Origin: Eledone cirrhosa
Taxonomy: Eukaryota
Assembly: GCA_964016885.1 (NCBI GenBank)
Contig: OZ024749.1
Coordinates: forward strand, 54,250,001-54,314,000
DNA length: 64,000 nt
Direction: 5' to 3'
The notes under the pieces are model-generated. The model made no database searches. It saw nothing but the letters and a program-made list of their open reading frames with translations, and was not told the DNA's origin. Positions 28,913 through 44,330 of this stretch are shown piece by piece. Position 1 is the first letter of the stretch, and each line of letters begins with the position of its first letter. The position numbers and the translations under genes are program-made.

Positions 28913-29739
28913 CTGGAATTAGAAAACAACAAATATTCATTTAAACACTAATAAAGGGGATCAGAGATTATCTACTTGGGTGGCTGCTCAACTTATTAAA
29001 GTCAACAGCTAAATAACCTGCCTATCACACATAATTTACTAAAATAAAGGGTGGGGCTGAACAACAATGAATGGAACTCCTTTGAACAAAGGTCTGATTA
29101 AGACCTTAGAGTGTAAGGAGTTAAGGATCAAAACACTTGCTTAAGAAGGGTCTCTTTTCTCAAGACCTTCTGCGGTCCAGCTCTTCTGAGAGTTTCTTAT
29201 CACTAAGTTTGAAAGCAGAGACAATGGAGAGGAATTCCAGTTGGATCTTGTCAACAAAATCTCCATGCGGTTTAAATACACAACACGTCTCCGATATCCG
29301 AATAGCTAAATGTCAGCAGAAGGACACCTAGGGTTCATGACATGTATGCGGCCCGGCCCCACTTGGAGATTAAGAAGTTAAGGGCTGAAAATCCTGCTTG
29401 AAAGGGGGTTCTTCTTTGAAGACCTGCTGAGCAGCTCTCCTGGGAGTTGAGATTCTTACCACTATGTTCCTCAACAACTGAATATCTCAACACAGTTTAT
29501 ATATTTTAGTACATCTACACTATCACGTGACCACCTTGAAGCTCGAATTACATTGATATCATTTATCAGGTTCGTGTAGCCAGAGTGTTTACAGGTGAGG
29601 GAAGTCAATAGAGAGATATTTCTGGTTCGTCTGAAAAACGTTACAAAACGCAATCTTTACAAACCTCCATTCCCTACTTTGTATTTAAATTCATAAAACA
29701 ATAAATATTACGAGAAGACAAGTCGGATAATTTACATCT

Positions 29740-30050
29740 ACGTGATCTCCCGAATTGTTAGAAATTACACTCAAATATTTTTGTTAAGAAACAAAGACAA
29801 ATCCGATAATGTAGTCCAGAAAATAAGACGAGAGGTGTCACGGATGGAACGATTTTGATTATAGGTCCTCAAAACTAGTCACCCAATTTGTTAGAAATAG
29901 CAGGCAAATTTCCCTCAAATCACACAAACATTTTTGTTAAGAAACATAAAGACACATGCGATAAGATAGTTAAAAAAATATAAGGTGTGTCACGGATGGA
30001 ACGTCTTTGATCATTGGTCTACAAACCTAGGACTACCATGCAGCTAAACA
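29740..30050 (+). repeat. Tandem pair of an interspersed repeat (consensus GCTAGAAATAGCAGCCAAATCTCCCTCAAATCACAC)
   Basis: Diverged motif recurs at about 5990, 18200(-), 28990, 49965 and 59690. Confidence 0.65.
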
Positions 30051-30847
30051 ACAATATATACATTTGACCATTCAAAGAATAACAACAAAAACAACATCAA
30101 AATAAAGAGAAAAAATGAATATGTGAGAGTAAGGTTTCACTCTGCTAAAACCAGTTTCATGAAACGGAACGCGCTCTTGGAATATGAAAAGGGGAAATGT
30201 TAGAATTATTTTGTATGTGTGTATGTATATGTATATTTGCTCCTTGTATTCCTTTTATGTACTTATGTGTATGTATGTGCATACGTGAAACATCATATGT
30301 GGACTGTGAGTGTGAGTGTGTGTGCGTGTGTATATGAGTGTCTGTGTATGTGTTAGATATCGTGGGATTATGTGTATGGTTAAGAAGTGGTGTTGGGTTT
30401 CGTAATGCTAAATGTTGTCTGTCTATGGGAAAAAAAAATCAATGAATTCATTCGTTTATCGATATATATGGTAATGTGGTGATACGTGAGTGTGCATACA
30501 TATATGAAATAGTTGTTGATTAGGCTATCTTTAATATATTGGTGGAGCGTGCTAGCCATGATATTTGCTACCGCTTGCAAGAACCGAAAGCAAATTCTCT
30601 TTGGTGAAGCTATGATAAAAAGCCCTGGGAATGCGTATATATATATATATATATACGTCTATGTATATTGCATATGCATATATATAGTAATATTAGTATG
30701 TGTGTGTATATATAAAATATATAGATAGATAGATGCACATGTATGTATATAATGATATATGTACACACATACATGTATACACCATTCAACGCTGACTATT
30801 GCTGTATTAGGTCGGTCTTCATGTTATTACAATATCGAGGTTATGTA

Positions 30848-30890
<43 letters not shown>

Positions 30891-31057
30891 ATGTGTATAT
30901 ATATATATATGTATGTATGTATATGTGTATGTATGTATGTATGTATATGTGCATATATATATATGTATGTATGTGTATGTATGTGTATATATGTATGTAT
31001 GTATGTATGTATATGTGTATGTATATATGTATGTATATGTGTATATATGTATGTGTG

Positions 31058-31118
<61 letters not shown>

Positions 31119-31472
31119 TGGTGTATATATGTATATGTGTATGTATGTATATATGTATGTATATGTGTATGTATGTATATATGTATGTATATGTGTATAT
31201 ATGTATATGTGTATATATATGTATGTATGTACATTTATATATGTATATAGGTGGCTCTAGTCGTATTAATACTTCTTCCACGTTACATTTGTTGTTGTTG
31301 TTGTATGTAATAGAGAGATGTAATAATAACATTTATTAATTATTGTTGTTGTTGTTGTCATAGCTGATTATTTTCTTTTGTATCTTGTTTTCTTTTTAGT
31401 GGCGTTTCTTGTTTTTCTTTTGATTTTGGTTGTTTTTTTGTTAATATTTCTATTCTCTCTCACACATTCTCC

Positions 31473-31524
<52 letters not shown>

Positions 31525-31574
31525 TATACAGAGAAAAGTATGTGTATGTATGTGTATGTGTATATATATAATTT

Positions 31575-31720
31575 CTATTGACGTCCATAAGTGCGATATA
31601 ACCCAGGTTTAAGATTGTTGACTGAGACAATGGCTGTTTCTTTTCTCCTGCAAAGATTTATTCTCCATTTTCTCCACATAAACTGTTGATAACCTTTGAG
31701 AAAGTCAATCACTTTATTCT
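31575..31720 (-). pseudogene. Pseudo-exon (boundaries approximate)
   Basis: NKVIDFLKGYQQFMWRKWRIKSLQEKRNSHCLSQQS*TW. Compare recalled VTFQSPVNFYRWKIEQLQ...PCMAEEVCSMSW. Confidence 0.55.
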
Positions 31721-32049
31721 CTTAACAGTTTCACAAATTGGAATGCGGCCATATAACAAAATATAGTAGATGCATATAGTATACACACACACATATATAT
31801 ATATACATGTAAATGTATATTTACGTATATATATATATATACACTTCATTTTTGTATTTGTGAAATCGTATGTTGAAATAAATATTGATATAGTTTGATA
31901 GGGTCATCTTGCTAATAAAAACCTACACCCTAGTGATTTTCACTTCAGTTTCGATTCAGTTTTAGTACTAGTTGCATATCTAATCTATTTCTCGGTACCT
32001 TAAGTAAACGGATGGTTGTTTAATTGTCATTTTTATTAGCCAAAGCTGT

Positions 32050-32450
32050 AGGACGAAAGTGGAATTTGGTATAAAGAAAGGTGGGTGAGGATGAAGATAT
32101 TAGAGAATATCAGGTAGAAGTCTGAGATTTTGAGTTCTTAAATTGAAACACGACGTGAAAAGTTATTTGTTATATGTCCACAAGAAAATAACTTAAACAA
32201 TACACTGAAATGTTGCTGAAGTATAACAGATGATATATGAAACGAGAGAAAAATGTAAGGAACACCAAATGCAGATAATACCAATGAGCATTGGTGCAGG
32301 AATGGAATTGATAAAATATGAGTGATATTGTGAGTCTGTGGTAGAGGATATCTAGGTATTGGTTCCTATGGAAAGTGAAACCATGCTGCAGAAAGTCATC
32401 TCAGGAGTTGTGCAACCAAATACACATGATTGTATCTAATGTAACAACAC
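32050..32450 (+). mobile_element. Possible highly degraded LINE AP-endonuclease fragment
   Basis: Purine-rich. The piece REKCKEHQMQIIPM resembles RTE CK.HEI.I.MGD. Confidence 0.3.
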
Positions 32451-32739
32451 AGAAATGTAGATTTATTTATATATGTTGTGTTAGGTAATTCCGAAGGAAA
32501 AGCAAAGGAAAAAAAGAGTGCTCTGCGTATAGAACAGAGCTATTTGATTATGATGACTGATCCAGACGTATATTAATATTGTCTGGGATTCCCTTGGTAA
32601 TGGAGTAGTTATATTTTGTGCTGTTCACTTTCTAATTATTTATATATATATATATATATAACGTACTTAAACTTTAGGGTGCTAGCTAGCAAACTTGGTA
32701 GCTAGAATTCCGGCAGGAAACAGATATAATACTTCCTAT

Positions 32740-33110
32740 TATAATGGTTTCTGATTTAGGCACAACGTCAACAATTTTGAGGTAGGGGTAAAGTCGATGA
32801 TATCGACCCAGTAGGTTACTGGTACTTTATTTATCGACCCTCGTAACGATGAAAGGCAAAGCTAACCTCGGTGGGATTTGAACTTAGACCGTAAAGGGAC
32901 GTAACTCAAAATTGTTGGCCTTGTGACCATATCAGAAATTATTATTATTATTATTATTATTAGCTATAGTATGAGTGAATAGTAAAATCGGTAGAGCGTT
33001 AGTTACATTCTCAGTTCAAATCCTGCCAGAATCTACTTTAGCTTTCATCTTAGCAAAGATCGATAATGTAAGTACAAGTAATATACTGCGGTTGATTTAA
33101 TCGACTGACT
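32740..33110. mobile_element. SINE family A cluster (minus copy 32740-32905, plus copy 32975-33110)
   Basis: Core motif in both orientations. Confidence 0.8.
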
Positions 33111-33419
33111 CGTCGTCGCCGTCCCGACCACCCCAGCCACTTCACCCTACAGGAAAATCAAAAAGAAAAACCAAATCATCATATAAATATCACCTTCATC
33201 GCCTATATATATAAATATATATATATATACAGACATATATACACACACACATATATACATACACTTATACATATATATATACTTATTTATACACATATAT
33301 CTATATATATATATATATATCCATATATATCTACATAAATATATATATATATGTATATAAATATATATATATGTATATAAACATATATATATGTATATAT
33401 ATATGTGTGTATGTATATA

Positions 33420-33455
<36 letters not shown>

Positions 33456-33749
33456 ACAGTCTCCTCCTACTCTTCGAACTTATCAAATGACAACTCACAC
33501 TCCTCCTCTCGAGACTTTTATAACTTTTCCTCGTGTTTCTACATTTTTTACTTATCTCTTCGTTTAGTTTTTATATTCTCCACCCACCTTCTCTCTATCT
33601 CTCCCTCTCTCATCTCTCTCTCTCTCCCTCTCATCTCTCTCTCTCTCCCTCTCTCATCTCCCTCTCATCTTTCTCTCTCTCTCCCCTCCTCTCTCTCCAT
33701 AATCCTCACCAACACCGCCACCCCTATCACTTGTCAAACTCCACCACAC

Positions 33750-34595
33750 TAACCCCTATAGCACCAACACCACCACCACCACCACTACCACCAACACCAC
33801 CATAACTACCCACCACCACCACCAACACCACCACTACCACCACCACAACAACAACCGCCACCAACACCACCATAACTACCCACCACCACCACCATCACCA
33901 CCAACACCACCACCACCACTACAACAACCGCCACCAACACCACCATAACTACCCACCACCACCACCATCACCACCAACACCACCACCACCACAACAACAA
34001 CCGCCACCAACACCACCATAACTACCCACCACCACCACCATCACCACCAACACCACCACCACTACAACAACCGCCACCATCACTACCACCAACACCACCA
34101 TAACTACCCACCACCACCACCAACACCACCACTACCACCACCACCACAACAACCGCCACCAACACCACCATAACTACCCACCACCACCAACACCACCACT
34201 ACCACCACCAACACCACCACCACCACTACAACAACCGCCACCATCACTACCACCAACACCACCACTACCACCACCACCACCACAACCGCCACCAACACCA
34301 CCATAACTACCCACCACCACCACCAACACCACCACTACCACCACCACCACAACAACCGCCACCAACACCACCATAACTACCCACCACCACCACCATCACC
34401 ACCAACACCACCACCACCACTACAACAACCGCCACCAACACCACCATAACTACCCACCACCACCACCATCACCACCAACACCACCACTACCACCACCAAC
34501 ACCACCACCACAACAACCGCCACCATCACTACCACCAACACCACCATAACTACCCACCACCACCACCACAACAACAACCGCCACCACCACCACAT
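33750..34595. repeat. (CCA)n-based repeat with higher-order units punctuated by CCATAACTAC
   Basis: Directly visible. Confidence 0.95.
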
Positions 34596-34849
34596 CAAAC
34601 TGCCAGTAATTACAAAAGTCTTTGATGTAGGTAACCATTATTAGCGATCTGCGTTTTAGGTAAAAATGTGTGATAGGGAGTGGGAGAGGAGTGGGAGAGG
34701 TGTGGGGGAAGGGAGGAGGGGTTAGTTGGGGTGTGGGGGTGGGGTGGGGGTGGGGTGGGGTGGGGTGACGTGAGGTTTCGAATCGTATGACTGACTGATC
34801 AAATACTTTCTGATGTCACACCTCCACATACATACCCCTCTCTCTCTAT

Positions 34850-34891
<42 letters not shown>

Positions 34892-35799
34892 GTATATATA
34901 TGTATATATATGTATGTATATGTATGTATGTATATGTATGTATGTATCTGTGTGTCCCTGTCCTTGTGTGTGTGTTCATAGCTGTGTATGTATATATTTG
35001 TGTGTGTGTTTATTGTTTGATCTCTCTGTCTCCTTCTCCGGTGTCCAGATGCAAGATAAGCTTTTATCTGTAAACCATTTACACCCGCCCCCCATTCCAA
35101 TAACACACCTCCACGACACCACACCCCTACACCCTACACTACCATAGACATATTTGCGAGCACACGGACAACCTCCTCCCAATTAACAAAGGTCTTCCTC
35201 CTCCACTTTACTCCTCCTACTTCACCTTTCCTCTCCCACCTCCTGCTCTCCTCTCCCACCCCCTACTCCAGGTGATCGATATTGCCAATATTCTATCACT
35301 ATACAAAAAAAAGTCTTAATTCTGATCGTCACCACTCCAACCAATTATACCAATTTCTATTACTGTCACCATCATACCAATATTACCAACACCCACATAG
35401 AATAAAGTACCAGTAATGCACTGGAATCGATATAATTGACTTTCCCCCTCCCTCAAAATTATTGGCCTTGTCTTGAAATCAGAAACAATTATTATTATCA
35501 TCTTCATCGTAATTATTATCTTCACAATCATCAACGTCGTATCATCACCCACAGTATCATCATCATCATCATCATCATCATCGTTGTCATCATCATCATT
35601 GCCATCCTAATAATCGTTGTGGTTGTCGTTATCGTATTTGTAGTCATCATCATCATCATCATCATCCTCATCAATATTACCATAATATCCACCAACACCA
35701 AAATCTACCACCAGATCACCATAGTAACCAACAATCCCTCCCTCTCTCTCAATGTTTCCTCATTCCCCACACTTTAACACTTATACCAACGAGCTCCCA

Positions 35800-36110
35800 C
35801 CACCACAACCACCACAGTCATCACCACCACAACCACCACAGTCGTCACCACCACAACCACCACAGTCGTCACCAACACAACCACCACCAACACAACCAAC
35901 ACAACCACCACCAACACAACCACCACCAAAACAACCAACACAACCACCACCAACACAACCAACACAACCACCACCAACACAACCACCACCAAAACAACCA
36001 ACACAACCACCACCAACACAACCACCACAACCACCACCAACACAACCACCACAACCCTAACCAACACAACCCAACCACCACCAACACAACCACCACCAAC
36101 ACTACCACTA
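35800..36110. repeat. CCA/ACA-rich minisatellite
   Basis: Directly visible. Explains the PPTQ ORF. Confidence 0.92.
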
Positions 36111-36234
36111 ATATAATCACTACCTCTCCACTACACAATTCCTGGTATTCTACACATTGAATTATTTTAATGAAAATATAATAAATGTTATTTACGTGAA
36201 TATTTCAAGTAATAAACTGGAAGAGAAAGTTATA

Positions 36235-36420
36235 ATAATTGTTTCTACTTTTGGCACAAGGTCAGCAATTACTCAGTACATTACTGGTACTTTATTTTAT
36301 CGACTCCATAAGGATGAAAGGCAAAGTTAACCTCGGCTGGATTTGAACTCAGATTGTAAAGAACCCCAACTATATGCCACAAAGCATGTTGCCCGATGCT
36401 CCATCGATTACTACCGCCAT
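36235..36420 (-). mobile_element. SINE family A
   Basis: Core and tail motifs. A second, older plus copy lies at about 36570-36745. Confidence 0.85.
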
Positions 36421-37165
36421 ATTATATCAAATAATGAAGAAATACTGTATATTTCAGCAGCACTCCGCACTAGATAGCAATGGAGAAAAACCAGCAGTAC
36501 CCGCTACATCAGCCACACTCCACCTCAAGGGAAGCTTGCTGCACCACTTCTGATTTTGCAAAGGTAATTAATAACAGTGGTTTAGCAGAATCGATAGAGC
36601 GCCGAACAAAATACCTTGCGTTATTTCTTCCGTGTTCTTTCCGTTCAGAGATCAAATTCCGAGCCGCTCCGATTTACCTTTCATCCTCCTTTGATCGATA
36701 AAATAAAGTAGCCGTGAATTAGTGAAATCGATACAGTCGACAGCGGATCTGTACCAACATACAATTGGTGATCATCATACAAGTTAAACTGTCAGCCATG
36801 CGTGGGGCTCCAGCCACACTCAACCAACACAATCTTTGCTCTACACTAACATCACGTCAATATTATCTATCTCAAACATTATATGGTGCTGCCAATACAC
36901 ACACATACATACATACACACACTCACACATACATACATACATACATATATATATATATATACACACACATATCCTACTATATCAATTCGTACATCCTTTC
37001 TCTTTCTCTCTTTCTCTCTCTCTCTCTCTAAATGCCTTTATGCGCATACAAACACTCAGGTATGCATGTATGTCTATGTATATATACACACACACATGTA
37101 TATATACATATATACATACAGCCATGTATATATATATGTGTGTGTGTGTACGTAGGTATGTGTGC

Positions 37166-37226
<61 letters not shown>

Positions 37227-37606
37227 CAGACGTACACACAGCTCGTTATCAACTTTACAGTAGAATTCACTAAATAATATTTCCTCTGGTATATTTTACA
37301 GCAAGATACCGAGACAGATGTATTAAAATATAGTAAAAGAAATAGAGACATTCCTATTTAGTTGATAGTTTATCGTTTTAAATTCATACACTCTAAGTTG
37401 GCTTCCAGTTCTGTTTTGTTAAGCTTTCTTACAACTTTTCTTCTCTAGTAGCTGAAAACTAGCGTCTTTTCACAATATAATGACGAATTAATGGCGTCTA
37501 ACTAAAGTTTACACGGAGACTGTGTCATTACAACATCCATTGTCATGCTTACTATTATTTGATGGGAACAAATGAACAAGAACAAATACAAATGAATATC
37601 ATATGT

Positions 37607-37820
<214 letters not shown>

Positions 37821-37865
37821 GTCTGTTTCTATATGTGTGTCTGTGTAGTGTGTTTGTATATATGG

Positions 37866-37915
<50 letters not shown>

Positions 37916-37942
37916 AAGGTAACCAAGGCAACACTATACATA

Positions 37943-38041
37943 TAGTAATAATAATAAATTTGAAGACTAAAATCCAAAGATCCCGTTAAGGGTGAAAGCA
38001 GCGATTCTTTGCTTAAACTTTAATCTGTTATTTTAATAAAT
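37943..38041. mobile_element. Short derivative of the 10719-11086 element
   Basis: 37943-37980 matches 10719-10756, and 37979-38041 equals 11024-11086, joined at a shared GA. Confidence 0.85.
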
Positions 38042-39094
38042 ATATATATATATATATACACACATATATATATATATATATATACAGATATATATATATA
38101 TAATAATAATAATAATTTACAACGTTATTTTATGTGTATCGGGGCATTTTCGCAATTGTCTGCGCGGGTTCGTGTGCCTGTGTATGTATCACATTAAAAT
38201 CTATATATGTATGTGTATATATGTTTGTATATATATGTATGTGTATATATGTTTGTATATATATGTACGTGTATATATGTATGTGTATATATGTTTGTAT
38301 ATATATGTACGTGTATATATGTTTGTGTATATATGTATGTGTATATATGTTTGTGTATATATGTATGTGTATATATATGTTTGTATATATATGTACGTGT
38401 ATATATGTTTGTGTATATATGTATGTGTATATATGTTTGTGTATATATGTACGTGTATATATGTTTGTGTATATATGTATGTGTATATATATGTTTGTAT
38501 ATATATGTATGTGTATTTGGAGTCAATTCTTGACTACATTTATTTTACTTCCTCTAAATCAGGAAGACGTTCTCTGGGGAAACATCACTAGAACAACAAT
38601 TTCAACTTTAAATATTCTCTATATAAGGTCAGCAGAACTGGTCACCCATTGATGGATATCTATGATAACGAAAGGTCCAACAATTCATTCTTTCATACAA
38701 TAGTTACGTGTTATTATAGTATGTTTTTGTGTGCTGACAGACGATATCTATGATAGTAGGGTATATTAGCAGCATCCCCCCGCCAGTCTCTTGATCGTGT
38801 ATATATATATACATATATATTCATGTATAAGTATATGTATGTATAATGTATATATATATGTATATATATATATACATATATATTCATGTATAAGTATATG
38901 TATGTATAATGTATATATATATATATATATTCATGTATAAGTATATGTATGTATAATGTATATATATATGTGTATATATATATATATATATATTCATGTA
39001 TAAGTATATGTATGTATAATGTATATATATATATATATATACATATTCATGTATAAGTATATGTATGTATAATGTATATATATAGAGAGAGAGA

Positions 39095-39210
39095 GAAACA
39101 AGTATGACCCCTTGGGGTCATACTTGTTCCTATTACCCACTCTACTACCCTAAGTATTGAGTACTTTGGTGTGTTATGGTTTATCTGGTTCCTTACCACA
39201 TTTCCTTCGT
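39095..39210 (+). mobile_element. Short microsatellite-flanked insertion beginning with a fold-back hairpin
   Basis: AACAAGTATGACCCC-TT-GGGGTCATACTTGTT (39097-39128). Body shares GTACTCAATAC...TAGTAGAGTG with about 47043-47065 in the opposite orientation. Confidence 0.6.
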
Positions 39211-39857
39211 TATATATATATATATATTTTCATGTATAAGTATATGTATGTGTGTGTGTGTGTTTGTGTGTTTGCATTCATTTAACTTACTTTTGGTAGC
39301 GTTGGCGTGAGAGCATGTGATTGTGTTTGTGTCCATACACGTATGTAAGTGTGTGTAGATGTACGTAAGTGTGTGTACATATATGTGTGTGTGTACATGT
39401 AGGTAAGTGTGTGTGTATGTACATGTGAAGGTATTAACAGGCCAATTGTCTATGTAGATGTTTATAAATAATAATAACAACAATCAATCTTTATTCTCCT
39501 GTCTGCCAGTCATATAGAACTTATATAATCGGATAACAGATATATTTATAAACAAAAGATTAACATTTAATATACAATGTACAAGAAATATACAGTCGTT
39601 TTTTCTTATTTTTTACTGTATGTGTATATATATACATGGATGTGTATATATATATATATATACATATGGATGTGTATATATGTATATGGATGTGTATATA
39701 TGTATATATGAATGTATGAAGATTTCACAGCCGATGATATCGAGTTCTGAGAAAATGTTTAGTTAGTTTGATCAACAGTTGATAGACGTGTCTTATATTT
39801 TGGTGTCCATTTTTAGTTTCGGGCAAAATAATCTGTTGCTAATATAAAGTATTGCAT

Positions 39858-40455
39858 ACACACCTCAATATAGTGTTGTATATATACACCTCAATATAGT
39901 GTTGTATATATACACCTCAATATAGTGTTGTATATATACACCTCAATATAGTGTTGTATATATACACCTCAATATAGTGTTGTATATATACACCTCAATA
40001 TAGTGTTGTATATATACACCTCAATATAATGTTGTATATATATACACCTCAATATAATGTTGTATATATACACCTCAATATAGTGTTGTATATATACACC
40101 TCAATATAGTGTTGTATATACACACCTCAATATAGTGTTGTATATATACACCTCAATATAGTGTTGTATATACACACCTCAATATAGTGTTGTATATACA
40201 CACCTCAATATAGTGTTGTATATACACACCTCAATATAGTGTTGTATATATACACCTCAATATAGTGTTGTATATACACACCTCAATATAAAGTGTTGTA
40301 TATATACACCTCAATATAGTGTTGTATATACACACCTCAATATAGTGTTGTATATACACACCTCAATATAGTGTTGTATATACACACCTCAATATAAAGT
40401 GTTGTATATATATACACCTCAATATAAAGTGTTGTATATATACACACCTCAATCA
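39858..40455. repeat. Minisatellite, about 26-bp unit CACCTCAATATAGTGTTGTATATATA
   Basis: Just over 20 tandem copies without unique spacers. Confidence 0.97.
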
Positions 40456-40674
40456 CAGAACGCACGTCACACCTGAATAAATGTAATGAACATGTGACCC
40501 CTCGTCCATATTTATTACTATGAGGAGAAATAACCCCAGGAAACCTGATAAATGAATTAACAAGAAAATAAAGACTTTATCACTGGAAAGGAGAGGACTT
40601 GAGATACTCGAAGTATCGATGAAAGCCTATCACAAGATCTGAACATACATATATGGGTATTATGTCTGTACTTG

Positions 40675-40845
40675 TGGGTTGGCAGAATCGGTAGAGTGTC
40701 GGACACTCTGCTTCGTGGCATAGAGTTACGGCTTTTTACGTTCTCAGGTTAACTTTGCCTTTCATGCTTACGGAGGTCGATAAAATAAAGTACCAGTAAT
40801 ACACTGAGTCGATTTACTCGACTTTCCGTTCTCCCCAAAAATTAC
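40675..40845 (+). mobile_element. SINE family A
   Basis: Head TGGCAGAATCGGTAGAG and core. Confidence 0.85.
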
Positions 40846-41780
40846 TGTATTTGTATATGTATGAGGTTTGCGTCTGTGAGTGTTATGTGTGTGCGTATTT
40901 GCGTCTGTGAGAGTGTGTGTGTTCGCGTCTGTGAGTGTGTGCATCCGTAGACACGTGTGTTTGTTTCTGTGAATGCGTCTGTGTGTTCGTGTCTGTGTGT
41001 GGTGTGCGTATACATGTCTGTTTATGTGTGTGTGCATGTCTGTGGGTGTGTGCCAACATATGTGTACCCGTCTGTATATATCAATGTGACGTAAGAATAT
41101 CAATCACATTTTCTATCGATTCAGAAATAATAGGAAATATATTTGACGTTTCAGTTGATTGTCAGATCATTTCATAGACTTAAATAGAATGTTATCACCT
41201 TTTATGTAACTCTCCATGTCTGTCTGTGTGTCGCTCTGTCTGTGTGTGGATCGGTAGGTCCGTCTGTGTGTCGATCTGTGTGTCGATCGGTGGGTCTGTC
41301 TGTGTGTCGATCTGTGGGTTTGTCTGTGTGTGGATCTGTGGGTTTGTCTGTGTGTGGATCTGTGGGTCTGTCTGTGTGTGGATCTGTGTGTGTATGTGTG
41401 TCTGTCTGTGTGTGTCTGTCTGTCTGTGTATCTGTGGGTCTGTATGTGTGTGGGTCTGTGTGTGTATGTGAATGTATAACTATACGTGTGGGTCTGTGTA
41501 TAGGTGTGATGGTGTGTATGTGCGTGTCAATGTATTTGTATGTTTGAACTTAAATATAATTCTGAGACAAATTTGTGTGTGTATATATATATATATGCAT
41601 GTGCATATATACACGTATATATGCTTGTATATATAGGTCTATATATGCATGTGCTTATATACATGCACACATACGTGTATATATGTACATATACACATAC
41701 GTATATATAAATATACACTTGTGCACATACGTATATATATATGCATGTGCATATACGTGTCTATATATACTTGCGTATAA

Positions 41781-41850
<70 letters not shown>

Positions 41851-42230
41851 ATATACGAGTTAGCGTATATCCTATACTTACGTGTATTCACATGCTTAAT
41901 ATTTTATTAATAAACTTTGAAAAGCATTATCTATAATTGAAGATTTGGTGAATATACGATGAGATATCTCTCACTACATGACATGTAGGATTCTTATCTC
42001 GATATCTTTATCTCTACATATCTTTACATGATTTTCTAAACACTTTTCTACGCTGCTTCATTCTGCAGTGGATTTTCATGTATTTTATAACATTATAAGA
42101 TTGGGTGGAGCGAAGGGTCGGTTGAAACCGAACGAAGGCATCTGACAGTCGAAATACCGTGCATGTATATGTGTGCATCTATCTTTGTGTGGTGTGGTGT
42201 GGTGTGGTGTGGTGTGGTGTGGTGTGGTGT

Positions 42231-42263
<33 letters not shown>

Positions 42264-43319
42264 ATACGTGACTATGTACATGTTTCTAAGTATTCCTCCA
42301 TACACTGAAGTCCGTGTGTATTAATACAACTTAACAGCTTATCTCCCTCTATGTGTGTAATTATACACATTCTTAATAAGACTATTTTCTGAATCTTATA
42401 GATATATATATATACGGCTATTTCTATATGCTCATATAAGTATATATGTATATATACATGCTTGTTATGTCTATGAAGGTATAATGTATACACACATGTA
42501 CTACACACATGGGCTTAAAAATATGCATGCATTTATGGATGTTTTTTAAATATACATAAATGTATGTATGTGTGTATATGCATGGAATTTTAATATCTAC
42601 TTACTTCATGAGTTACGGGACCATATATATGTGTGTGTGTGTGTGTGTGTTTGTGTACATACAGGGTGTCTACAAAAAATGTATACACACTTCAACAGCA
42701 TTCTAATAAGTATTGCCTGTACCGGTAATCAAAGTGTGTATATATCTTGGTCTGGAATTCAATCCTCAGTCACTTCATACCACGAAAACCGAGATAAGGA
42801 CCAGCCTGATGAACTTCCAAGCTCGGGAGACAGACTTTAGATTTAGACATGTTTATTAATGGAAGAAGATTTCAGATTTTCTTTCCAGATTTTAGTAAAA
42901 TTTTAAATTTTAGATATAAATGAAAGCATCTACAATATTATATTTAGTGATTTCATATCGGTTCTTGTTATTGTTATTGTTTTTATCTTCTATCTTATCT
43001 GTAGTAAAGTGAATTTATATATGGTTTAGTATTCTGCCCTAAAGGAGAGATATGAGTTTGATTTCAAGCCGTATAGTTTACACGAATATAAACACGGAGA
43101 AATTTGGTTACGAGTTGATATAATTTCGTGAGTTAAGTGAGCTGATAAAATAATGTGAAGCAACTCAATTCTCCTACTTTAGTTTCTATCATGATTCCGT
43201 TGATTTACACAAAACTGTATTTAGATATACATCACATTTCTCTCCCCTTCCTCCATTTTAATCTTTTCACTAGGTGTAAATATCCTCTAAATTTAAGTGG
43301 GTGGATAAGAAATGAAATT

Positions 43320-43462
43320 GGAAGAAAAATATCGATGGTTATCCTTAGAGCATTAGTGCACGTAAATTGAGTGAAATAGCTTGATCATATTATTGAGATA
43401 GGGTTGGAGAATGGTCTTGCCAACGATATCCATGTAGGTACATAATGTCTGCCACTTCCCAG
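43320..43462 (-). pseudogene. Pseudo-exon, N-terminal region (3' end uncertain)
   Basis: GKWQTLCTYMDIVGKTILQPYLNNMIKLFHSIYVH*CSKDNHRYF. Compare recalled CTWQVVLNEFKRVG...[25 protein letters not shown], with WQ-x8-VG spacing and LFH shared. Confidence 0.55.
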
Positions 43463-43603
43463 CTATCGATTTCTATTCACTCGACACAAGACTCGTTATA
43501 TTCAGACGTTGGGCGAATGGGAAATGTGTTAAACGTAATATCTTTACAAAGTTGAGAATGTGTTACGCTGTCGAAGTAATATATTAATTTTCTCTCTCTA
43601 TCT

Positions 43604-43659
<56 letters not shown>

Positions 43660-44330
43660 CCAAACAACTAAGCCACGCACAATCAAATATATGTGTATAT
43701 ATGTATGTGTGTGTTAGTGTGTATTATATATTATATTATGTGTATGGATTTATGTAGAAAGAGAGAGAGTGACGGACATACAGACAGAAAGAGAAATTCC
43801 ATATAAAAACATGTCAACGCTATTCTTTAAATAGTTACGGAGTGAATCCTCAGATTTCTGCATTAATTATATAGTTAAATACCAAACATTGGTATATTTT
43901 ATCCGAGAGCTACTGGGTTATTCCACTAAAACTTTAACACAAACGTCATGAAGTGGTACCACCAAATACAGAACAGAGCAACTGGCTTAATTATTTATTT
44001 TGTTAGCGTGAATGTCTACCCTTCCATATCTACACCTCCCCTTCTGAAGACCCTGCACTAGATCTGATAATACCAATATCACTACATGTTTACAGTATTT
44101 ATTATATATAGAACTTGTGATCGGAAAGGAAATTTTCTAGGAGCAAATCCCATGGTTATTCATGACCGAAGGTGTTATTATAATATATACGATATAATAA
44201 GTATATCTATTAATATCTATACAAAACCTTTGTCCTACACTTAAGGAATAGATATAATACTTTCGTGTATCCACTAGTAATGGTCACGAAAATGTTACTA
44301 ACCTTTACAGTTTTTGTTTCTTTACTAACC

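Noticed and set aside
39858-40455. CRISPR-like 26-bp repeats
   Set aside because: Units are contiguous without spacers, there are no cas genes, and the context is eukaryotic.
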